From positions 1,932-65,931 of IMG/VR virus record IMGVR_UViG_3300036985_005808: a DNA stretch of 64,000 bases, one strand, 5' to 3'. Below the pieces are notes generated by a model. That model did not search any database. It saw nothing but the letters and a program-made list of their open reading frames with translations, and was not told the origin of the DNA. Every line of letters starts with the position of its first letter. The first letter of the stretch is position 1. Positions 56,238 to 64,000 of the stretch are shown here, one piece after another. The stretch comes from a virus (lineage: Duplodnaviria; Caudoviricetes). A program made the position numbers and the translations under genes.

Positions 56238-56546
56238 ATGGATACCGAATCTCTTATTGCTCACGCACGAGCACGGTTTGATCACGTGGCTGCCCGCCGC
56301 GTTTTGAAAGAAAAATATCAAGCTCGAATGATGTTTGCCTACAACGGAGGCATGTGGCAGGCCGGACCAGAATTGCTAACATTGTTGTCTGCTTGCCCCG
56401 ACAGAGAAAATGCAGTGATTTTAGATCTGTATGAAAACCCCATACGTATACACGTGGGAGATTTAGAACTTGCAACAGCACAACGATGGCAAGAACAAAT
56501 GAATGCATGGCTTGTGGAATTTGAACAAACCCAGTCTCACAGATGA
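56238..56546 (+). CDS. Hypothetical protein
   Basis: 102 aa; YNGGMW...VILDLYENP; possible TTTACT-17-TATACT promoter at 56203-56231. Confidence 0.7.
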   Translation: MDTESLIAHARARFDHVAARRVLKEKYQARMMFAYNGGMWQAGPELLTLLSACPDRENAVILDLYENPIRIHVGDLELATAQRWQEQMNAWLVEFEQTQSHR

Positions 56547-57340
56547 ATACCGGTGCATTGATATTTGCATTTGATAACCAAGAGACTGACTACGTGGCAA
56601 TGGCAGTGTGGAGTGCTCAAAATATTCGTAGGCATTTAAATATACCCACCAGCATAGTTACTGATCGGTCAATTGACCATGCAGTGTTTGATCAAGTGAT
56701 TGTGACCACTGCCAAGTCCGGAGGATCACGTTATTTTGAAGACTATGCTGCCAACGTGACCTGGCATAATGCCGGTCGTGTGGATGCGTATGACCTAACA
56801 CCATACAATCAAACGCTGGTACTAGACGCCGACTACGTGGTGGCAAGTGATCAATTGAAATTTGTATTGAATTCCGCCCAGAATTTTTTATGCCACAAAG
56901 ATGCCTATACATTGGCCGGTGGCACAGCACTGGACAGTTTGAATAAATTTGGAGATTATAAGCTGCCCATGTGGTGGGCCACAGTGATGATGTTTAGAAA
57001 ATCCAACCAAGCACAATACATATTTGATTGCATGCACATGATACGTGAGAATTGGCAACATTATAGAGATGTGTATCAGATCAATAACAAGACTTATCGC
57101 AACGATTTTGCATTGAGTATTGCGCTGGGCATTGTAAACGGGCATACATTGACAGTGGATGAAATTCCGTGGCCATTAATGAGCAGTATGCCAGAACATA
57201 ACTTGACCAAACTATCACAGGATAGTTTTCGATTGCAATACAAGTGCAATCAAGGTAAACCACATGAAATTATGTTCACAGGCATGGACTTTCATGCCAT
57301 GGGCAAAAAGAATCTAGGAGAAATAGTTGCAGCCGACTGA
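56543..57340 (+). CDS. GT-A fold (GT8-like) nucleotide-sugar transferase
   Basis: YDLTPYNQTLVLDADY (DxD), WATVMMFRK, YRNDFALSIA, HAMGK. Confidence 0.7.
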   Translation: MNTGALIFAFDNQETDYVAMAVWSAQNIRRHLNIPTSIVTDRSIDHAVFDQVIVTTAKSGGSRYFEDYAANVTWHNAGRVDAYDLTPYNQTLVLDADYVVASDQLKFVLNSAQNFLCHKDAYTLAGGTALDSLNKFGDYKLPMWWATVMMFRKSNQAQYIFDCMHMIRENWQHYRDVYQINNKTYRNDFALSIALGIVNGHTLTVDEIPWPLMSSMPEHNLTKLSQDSFRLQYKCNQGKPHEIMFTGMDFHAMGKKNLGEIVAAD

Positions 57341-58112
57341 TGAACAAGGCTACTTGATAGTGGCAATTGACACAGATAGCAGTGATTATGTGACCAATGC
57401 CACATTGTTGGCATCGAGCATTAAATATTGGCATCCTGATGCAAAAATTTGTTTGTTGACCAATGCAACTGTGGCCAACGATACTGGATTGTTTGCCTAT
57501 GTCAAACCGTTTCGGCACCCGGTGAATATGGCCAATCCCTGGGCCAATGATTGGCAAGTGTTTGATGCCACACCGTTTAGAGAAACTATTAAATTAGAAG
57601 CAGATATGATGATTACCAGTGCAATTGATCATTGGTGGACTTTGTTGCGACATCGTGATGTGGTGGTGTCAACTGGCTGCAGAGACTGGAAAGATCAACG
57701 TGCGGTGGCTAGACAGTACAGAAAAATTTTTGATGCAAATAACTTGCCCGACGTTTACAATGCCATTACATATTGGAGACTGAGTCGGACCGCAAAGACA
57801 TTTTTTAATACTGTTAGAAACATATTTGAAAATTGGGAACAATATAAAACTCTGTTGAAGTTTCCCGAAGATATTCCATCAACTGATGTGGTGTATGCCA
57901 TGGCAGCCAACATCATTGGCCCAGAACTTTGCACCTTGCCATTTGCCACATATCCACAAATTGTACACATGAAGCGGCACATTGCAGGATCTAAAACTGA
58001 TGCATGGTTAAATGAATTTTTAATGGAAAAACACAATCATTCCGTCAGAATAAACACCGTAGCACAATGGGGAGCTGTGCATCACTCGGTTAAGAATTGG
58101 GATACTGTATGA
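57327..58112 (+). CDS. GT-A fold transferase, paralogue of the upstream gene
   Basis: TPFRETIKLEADM, YNAITYW, STDVVYAMA, IVHMK; TTG start with AGGAG RBS. Confidence 0.65.
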   Translation: MQPTDEQGYLIVAIDTDSSDYVTNATLLASSIKYWHPDAKICLLTNATVANDTGLFAYVKPFRHPVNMANPWANDWQVFDATPFRETIKLEADMMITSAIDHWWTLLRHRDVVVSTGCRDWKDQRAVARQYRKIFDANNLPDVYNAITYWRLSRTAKTFFNTVRNIFENWEQYKTLLKFPEDIPSTDVVYAMAANIIGPELCTLPFATYPQIVHMKRHIAGSKTDAWLNEFLMEKHNHSVRINTVAQWGAVHHSVKNWDTV

Positions 58113-58441
58113 CCGAGCAAGAATTTTGGGATATCCTGCAAGCACCGGCAATCTCACATCCAATCTTTTATCGATTGTATCATGATAATGGTATGCCACT
58201 ATTCTTCAGCATGGAGGATTTGCCAGGTACATACATAGAAATTGATCAAGAGACTTATAGTCGTAACAATTCAAACGTGAGAATACACAACGGCCGCATG
58301 ATTGAATTCTCTCAAAATATTGTTAGCAAACTAGCACCTGGCAAAACGGGCACACCATGTCATCCCAACGATGTCTCAATTGTTGTTGCGCCTGATCAAC
58401 CACACCAACGATGGAGTAAACAAACATATGAATCAAATTAA
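58109..58441 (+). CDS. Hypothetical protein
   Basis: Likely start ATG 58109 overlapping the previous stop. Confidence 0.6.
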   Translation: MTEQEFWDILQAPAISHPIFYRLYHDNGMPLFFSMEDLPGTYIEIDQETYSRNNSNVRIHNGRMIEFSQNIVSKLAPGKTGTPCHPNDVSIVVAPDQPHQRWSKQTYESN

Positions 58442-58500
58442 AAATGTTGTTGAAACAAATTGACGCTTTAGTTTTGTAAAAATTTCACTGAAAGGGCCTT

Positions 58501-59433
58501 ATGAATCACAAATCCGTAGACGTAGCAGATCTCTGTACTATTTATTTATCATACGACGAACCACAAAAGGAAGAATTCTGGGTAAAGATCCGTAACATGG
58601 TACCTTGGGCCAAGCGTGTGGATGGAGTCAAGGGATCGGATGCCGCACACAAAGCAGCCGCTGCTGCAAGCGACACCGAACGCTTTATTCTCATTGACGG
58701 CGATAATATGCCTGACCCTGCGTTCTTCAATCACACAATAAATTATGTCACACCAGAGTATGAAAAAGCTGTGTTCCGTTGGCGTGCCCGCAATCACGTC
58801 AATGGGCTGATGTATGGCAATGGCGGATTGAGTTCGTGGACAAAACAGTTTGTCATGAATATGAAAACTCACGAAGCCACAGATGGATCAGTAGAAACAC
58901 AGGTTGAGTTTTGTTTTGATCCTTTGTACTGGCCCATGTATAATTGCTATTCAACAACTTATCCTAATGGGTCAGCGTTCCATGCTTGGCGTGCCGGTTT
59001 CCGTGAAGGTGTTAAAATGTGCCTGAACAAGGGCGCCAAGCCCAGTGCAGCAGAATTCAAGGAGCGTGTGCATCACCGCAATCTTGATCACTTGACCATA
59101 TGGCACAACATCGGAACAGATGTTGAGTATGGAGAATGGGCCATAGCCGGAGCCAGACAAGGCACCTATATGACCATGCTCACAGGATGGGATCACAAGC
59201 AAGTACAATGGTTTGATGCACTGGCTGAATTATGGGAAACAGTAAAAAACGATCAACCCCGCTTGTTAAGTAACCGACTGGCAGAAGAGTTAGGCACACA
59301 ACTGGACTTGCCCATGGCAATATTAGAACACAATCAAAGTGCATTCTTTAAAAAGCATTATAGATCTAATTGGCACAATCAAGGCATTATGGTCCGTGAG
59401 ATTGATGTTATCAGACAGCAAGAAGGTTGGTAA
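58501..59433 (+). CDS. GT-A-like glycosyltransferase
   Basis: YLSYDEP, RVDGVKGSDAAHKAAA, FILIDGDN (DxD), NGLMYGNGG, AWRAGFREGVKM. Confidence 0.7.
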   Translation: MNHKSVDVADLCTIYLSYDEPQKEEFWVKIRNMVPWAKRVDGVKGSDAAHKAAAAASDTERFILIDGDNMPDPAFFNHTINYVTPEYEKAVFRWRARNHVNGLMYGNGGLSSWTKQFVMNMKTHEATDGSVETQVEFCFDPLYWPMYNCYSTTYPNGSAFHAWRAGFREGVKMCLNKGAKPSAAEFKERVHHRNLDHLTIWHNIGTDVEYGEWAIAGARQGTYMTMLTGWDHKQVQWFDALAELWETVKNDQPRLLSNRLAEELGTQLDLPMAILEHNQSAFFKKHYRSNWHNQGIMVREIDVIRQQEGW

Positions 59434-60002
59434 TGGAAAAGAAACTGTTGTTAGATGGATGCAGTTTTACATATGGCCTTGGCTTGAAAAAAGAAGAAAC
59501 CTTAGAACATCACTTTATTGAAAATGGTTATCAAGTGTTAAATTTATCTCGACCGGGCAAAAGCAATCATGCTATTGCGTTAGATGTTTATAATCACATT
59601 GATAAAGTTGATGTTGTTGTAGTAGGCTGGACATTCAGCTCACGCTGGCATTTAAAATATCACGGCGACAACATTGATTTGTTAGCCACACGACTGCAAA
59701 TAGAATTACCTTACACCATTGATAGTGGTGCAATTGAGCAAAGCTATCAAGACCTGCATCGATCGTTGTATAGTTTGTTTGATTCAACACATTGGGATCA
59801 GACCAGCGACATGCTAGTAGATACCACACATGCATTGGCACAGCAAAAATCAACTGTTTTTTTTAGTTGGGAGCCAAGAGATACACAATGTTCTTTATAT
59901 TATCCCCATATACCAGTATCGCTTCGTTTGCCTTGCGGGCATCTCAATGCTGATGGAACCACATACTTGTTTGACAACTTAACCAACTTAATGCAAAATT
60001 AA
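59433..60002 (+). CDS. SGNH/GDSL-like hydrolase or acyltransferase
   Basis: GCSFTYG (block I), NLSRPGKSN, VGWT, GHLNADG (catalytic His). Confidence 0.7.
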   Translation: MEKKLLLDGCSFTYGLGLKKEETLEHHFIENGYQVLNLSRPGKSNHAIALDVYNHIDKVDVVVVGWTFSSRWHLKYHGDNIDLLATRLQIELPYTIDSGAIEQSYQDLHRSLYSLFDSTHWDQTSDMLVDTTHALAQQKSTVFFSWEPRDTQCSLYYPHIPVSLRLPCGHLNADGTTYLFDNLTNLMQN

Positions 60003-60006
60003 CCCA

Positions 60007-61401
60007 ATGACCAAAGGCGATCAAAGCAAATTTATGAGCTCTGCAGAGCAGATGAAACAGGATCTAGGTCCTGCGCTATGCTTGGCCAAGTGGAAACAAG
60101 TTAGTTTTCACCTGCCCACCGGACTCAACAACTCATGCTACCATCCACCGTTGCATCATATATCTCTTGAAGACCTAGCAAGGCCCGGCGGCCTACATAA
60201 CACCACACACAAAAAAGCACAGCGGAAGATGATGTTGGCTGGGGTTAAACCCGCAGAATGCCAATACTGTTGGAACATGGAAGACCAGGCTAAACTTAGC
60301 GATAGACATTATCGCAGCGGAGAACCCTGGGCCGCGGTGGATTTTGAAAAGATAAAAAATAGTACTGGAGATGAAGATAATATTATCCCCAGTTATGTAG
60401 AAGTCAACTTCAATCATGCTTGCAATCTTAAATGTAGCTATTGCAGTCCCCAGTTTAGTTCAAGTTGGCAAGAGGAAGTTGATCGACACGGTGCATATCC
60501 TACCAGCCAACCGCATAATGCCCCAACTCACTTTACTGGTTCTCGGAAACCTATTCCTGCTCGCGAACACAACCCGTATGTAGAAGCATTTTGGGCTTGG
60601 TGGCCCACACTGTATCCCAAACTAGAACACTTTCGCATGACCGGCGGCGAACCACTAATGGATCGGAATACCTATAGAGTGTTTGACTATGTGTTGGCCA
60701 CGCCCAATCCTCGACTGCATTTAAATGTCACTAGCAATTTTAGCGTGGAAGATCAACTGTTTGAAAAGTACATGTCTTACGTAAAACGTCTTTGTACTAA
60801 CAATATCGAACACTTTATGCAATATGTTAGCCTGGATTCGAGAATACCTGCACAAGCAGAGTACATAAGACACGGTTTGGATTTTGAGCGTATGGCCAGG
60901 AATGTTGACCAGTTCCTTACTGATATTCCATCACGCAATAGTTTGACATTTATCATAACAATGAATAACTTATCTGTGACCGGATTCCGACCTTTCATGG
61001 AATGGATACTAAAATTAAGGCAACAGCACTCAACCACATACCAAAGAGTATGGTTTGATACTCCTGTGCTTAGAGAACCGGCCTGGCAAAGTCTGCAACT
61101 ACTCCCTGAGAGTTATGTTGTCATGCTGGAGCAAGCCAAAGCATACATGAAACTGCATGTGGAAACAGATGCCAATCGTTTTCATGGATTTAAAGACTAT
61201 GAAATTGCCCGCCTGGACCGTGATATAGCATGGATGCGTACTGGGCAACAAATGTCAGGCACAGAACTTGGTCAGCGTAAAGCAGACTTTTATAGGTTCT
61301 TTAATGAGCATGACCGACGACGCAGCACAGACTTTTTAAAAACTTTTCCAGAAATGAAATCCTGGTGGGCAGAATGCGAGTATCATGCTAGGGTCACATA
61401 A
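60007..61401 (+). CDS. Radical SAM enzyme with N-terminal twitch/SPASM-like domain
   Basis: CNLKCSYC, TGGEPL; auxiliary Cys in CLAKW, SCYHPP, CQYCW. Confidence 0.9.
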   Translation: MTKGDQSKFMSSAEQMKQDLGPALCLAKWKQVSFHLPTGLNNSCYHPPLHHISLEDLARPGGLHNTTHKKAQRKMMLAGVKPAECQYCWNMEDQAKLSDRHYRSGEPWAAVDFEKIKNSTGDEDNIIPSYVEVNFNHACNLKCSYCSPQFSSSWQEEVDRHGAYPTSQPHNAPTHFTGSRKPIPAREHNPYVEAFWAWWPTLYPKLEHFRMTGGEPLMDRNTYRVFDYVLATPNPRLHLNVTSNFSVEDQLFEKYMSYVKRLCTNNIEHFMQYVSLDSRIPAQAEYIRHGLDFERMARNVDQFLTDIPSRNSLTFIITMNNLSVTGFRPFMEWILKLRQQHSTTYQRVWFDTPVLREPAWQSLQLLPESYVVMLEQAKAYMKLHVETDANRFHGFKDYEIARLDRDIAWMRTGQQMSGTELGQRKADFYRFFNEHDRRRSTDFLKTFPEMKSWWAECEYHARVT

Positions 61402-62518
61402 AATTGTAATAGACGAATGGGCTGAGGTATACGACCTGTTGAAGTCGTCGGCCGACAGCACTTTTTGGCAGTGGTCCGATGTAGTGCTTGATCCGGATAC
61501 AATCTATGTGATAGGGCGAGTGGTACTTAAAGAAAATTGGCAAGTGATCACCAGTTGGGCAGCACAGCATCCTGGTCGCATTGTTTTTTGCAATCCAGCA
61601 GAGGGATCGCAGACTATTCTACTGCAATTGACTCGATTGCGTATATTGGATCATGTGCAGAATGGTAATATACTGTTGATTACATCTGGCAGTTTGGAAC
61701 CAGGATACAATCAACTGTCCACCGATTGTTATTTTAGCAACATAGTAGAATATCTTGAAAATTTACAAGCACATGAATCGTACCCAATGGTGCATCATAA
61801 AAATCCCAAACCATACGATTTTTTATTTTTAAATGGCCGCCTGAGGCCCCATCGAAAATATCTAATAGACAGTTTACGTGAACTCAATCTATTAGATCGT
61901 GCATTATGGACCAATTTACAAGCCACAGTGGACATGGCCTGGACTTCACAATTACCAACAGCAATGACCGAGCCCATAAGAACTTTGCCAATTGAGTATG
62001 AAATTGCTCGGGCGCACGACAATCTACCCACTGCTGTGAATCATGAGTTTGCCAAACATCATTTGTTTAACAACACCTGGGGAGATGCCATAATCAACCC
62101 ACAGGCATATGTTGATACCAGTTTTAGCGTGGTTACAGAAACTATATTTGATTATCCTTATTCTTTTAGAACAGAAAAAATCTGGAAACCAATGATTATG
62201 GGGCATCCGTTTGTGGCAGTGGCCAATCGGGGTTACTATCGAGATTTAAAGAATGCAGGGTTTAAAACATTTGCCCATTTGATTGATGAAAGTTTTGATC
62301 TCATTGACAATCCCACGGACCGAATCAATCGAGTGGTAGACACAGTGGCACATGTGTGTTATAATGGCGCTAGAGATTTCTTAACAGCAGCAGCCGAACA
62401 ATGTAAATACAATTATCAACATCTCCGTGAATATAACAAACAACAACGACACTGGTTGCCTAATCAGTTGGAACAATATTTAAATGAACGATCTAGAATT
62501 TCGACAACAACATCTTGA
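61385..62518 (+). CDS. Glycosyltransferase-like protein (GT-B type C-terminus)
   Basis: FLFLNGRLRPHR, SVVTETIF, RTEKIWKPMIMGHPF, LKNAGFKTF..IDESFD. Confidence 0.55.
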   Translation: MLGSHKIVIDEWAEVYDLLKSSADSTFWQWSDVVLDPDTIYVIGRVVLKENWQVITSWAAQHPGRIVFCNPAEGSQTILLQLTRLRILDHVQNGNILLITSGSLEPGYNQLSTDCYFSNIVEYLENLQAHESYPMVHHKNPKPYDFLFLNGRLRPHRKYLIDSLRELNLLDRALWTNLQATVDMAWTSQLPTAMTEPIRTLPIEYEIARAHDNLPTAVNHEFAKHHLFNNTWGDAIINPQAYVDTSFSVVTETIFDYPYSFRTEKIWKPMIMGHPFVAVANRGYYRDLKNAGFKTFAHLIDESFDLIDNPTDRINRVVDTVAHVCYNGARDFLTAAAEQCKYNYQHLREYNKQQRHWLPNQLEQYLNERSRISTTTS

Positions 62519-63827
62519 CACCAAATCTGATAGTTTTTGTGCGGCCAAATGGTACAATGCTACTGTTTGGTTGGGGTCGGGCCAAACTACCAGTTGTCAT
62601 CATCCGCCGGCTCATGCCATTGATATTGATGAGATCAAAACAAATCCGTCTGCATTACATAATACTCAACAGAAAAAACAAGATCGTCAAATGATGCAAG
62701 CCGGGGAAAAACCCAAAGGTTGCGAATACTGTTGGAAGATCGAAGACATGGGGCGTGATGCCATCAGCGATCGTGTGTATAAATCTCGTATATATCCTAT
62801 AGAGGCCCTGAATGAAGCTTTCAATACTCCTGTCAAACACAACGTCAATCTTCGCACTCTTGAAATTGCATTTGATCGCACTTGTCAATTTGCTTGTAGC
62901 TATTGCAACCCTGCTTTTAGTTCAACTTGGGTTAACGATATACGTAACTCAGGATCCTATGTGGGACTTGTTAGTGATGGTCGGAACCATTTTACTCATT
63001 CTCATGAGTCTGCTCAACTTTATAAATTCTATGAAAAAAATCCGTATGTGGAAGCTTTCTTTGCATGGTGGGAAACAGACCTACACCGAACACTACAAGA
63101 ATTAAGAATCACCGGTGGTGAACCATTGATGTCAGGTTATACCTGGAAATTGATTGAATGGTTTAAAACCAACCAAGGCAAAAGCACTACTAAACTGGCC
63201 ATTAACAGCAATCTAGGATTTGAGATGAGCAAGGTACAAAAGTTCATCGAAGCCATACGCCCATTACCACATGTGGATGTGTATACCAGCCAGGAAGCAG
63301 TTGATACCCAAGCTGAATACATCCGTGACGGTCTTGACTATCAGCAATGGATTGACAATGTACAAGCAATATTAGAGTCTAACACAGTTAAGGCAGTGCA
63401 TGTGATGTGTACAATCAATGCATTGTGTCTGGACAGTTTGCCAAGATTGTTGTATCAGTTGTTAGAATTCAAACAGATGTATGGCCGAGAGCGTGTGAAT
63501 TTTACTTTGAATATACTGCGATTTCCTAGTTTTCAATCACCATTGGTATTGCCCGAGCACATACGTAATCAGTACCAGGATAATTTACAAGATTTCTTAA
63601 CACGCAATATTAACAATCCTTATTTACAAGAGCACGAAATCAATCAAACTCAACGATTGATTGACTATTTAGATGTAGTTAAAACTCCGCATTCAGACAC
63701 ATTTGAAATGCCTAAATTACACAATGATTTCAAACAATTCTATTCACAATACGATCGCCGTAGATCAAAAGATTTTGTCAAGACATTCCCCGATTTAAAA
63801 ACATGGTATGAGTCAATACAAATATAA
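62484..63827 (+). CDS. Radical SAM enzyme with N-terminal twitch/SPASM-like domain (paralogue)
   Basis: CQFACSYC, TGGEPL; CAAKW, SCHHPP, CEYCW. Confidence 0.9.
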   Translation: MNDLEFRQQHLDTKSDSFCAAKWYNATVWLGSGQTTSCHHPPAHAIDIDEIKTNPSALHNTQQKKQDRQMMQAGEKPKGCEYCWKIEDMGRDAISDRVYKSRIYPIEALNEAFNTPVKHNVNLRTLEIAFDRTCQFACSYCNPAFSSTWVNDIRNSGSYVGLVSDGRNHFTHSHESAQLYKFYEKNPYVEAFFAWWETDLHRTLQELRITGGEPLMSGYTWKLIEWFKTNQGKSTTKLAINSNLGFEMSKVQKFIEAIRPLPHVDVYTSQEAVDTQAEYIRDGLDYQQWIDNVQAILESNTVKAVHVMCTINALCLDSLPRLLYQLLEFKQMYGRERVNFTLNILRFPSFQSPLVLPEHIRNQYQDNLQDFLTRNINNPYLQEHEINQTQRLIDYLDVVKTPHSDTFEMPKLHNDFKQFYSQYDRRRSKDFVKTFPDLKTWYESIQI

Positions 63828-64000
63828 CAGCAGCGATTTAATAAAGAAAAATATGAATGAGCTCTCTGAACGTGAGAGATTCTTGCTGACTGAATCAAAC
63901 ACATTTTGCATATATCCCTGGATACACTTACATGCGTACCCCACCGGCGAGGCATACCCATGCTGCCATGCTGAAATGGGTGTGGGACAAATAGGAAATT
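63808..64000 (+). CDS. Partial CDS: third twitch/radical-SAM-type protein (runs off the right end)
   Basis: Manual translation MSQYKYNSSDL...TFCIYPWIHLHAYPTGEAYPCCHAE...IGN; FC..PW and PCC motif of twitch domains. Confidence 0.7.
   Translation, partial: MSQYKYNSSDLIKKNMNELSERERFLLTESNTFCIYPWIHLHAYPTGEAYPCCHAEMGVGQIGN

Noticed and set aside
1-64000. Stop-codon reassignment as seen in some jumbo phages
   Set aside because: Core genes, including a 14.8-kb ORF, are intact and densely packed in the standard code

Overview
The whole window is a segment of a large T4-like (Tevenvirinae-related, probably jumbo) myophage genome in the standard genetic code; no host chromosome, tRNA, rRNA or CRISPR array is evident. 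Left to right: a minus-strand head module (gp23 capsid, gp22 scaffold, gp21 protease, acidic core protein, gp20 portal) flanked by a late-promoter TPR-glycosyltransferase; a tape-measure-like protein with a Pro/Ala linker and an M15 peptidase domain; a gp26/gp51-like pair joined by a likely -1 frameshift; an accessory operon (DUF1415-like, aminoacyl-tRNA--protein transferase-like, DUF6614-like, MTA/SAH nucleosidase); a ~400-nt ORF-free, heavily base-paired region directly downstream of a small GIY-YIG nuclease; two PLP-enzyme paralogues; gp46/gp47/gp55; a baseplate/tail module including a 4936-aa protein and a repeat-built fibre; and a glycosyltransferase/SGNH/radical-SAM cluster. The best candidates for undescribed biology are the GIY-YIG-associated large structured RNA, the T TTT TTC frameshift, a three-hairpin late 5' leader, apparently leaderless late mRNAs, and the Ate/Bpt-like operon. 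All family assignments come from motif recognition by eye, not from database searches.
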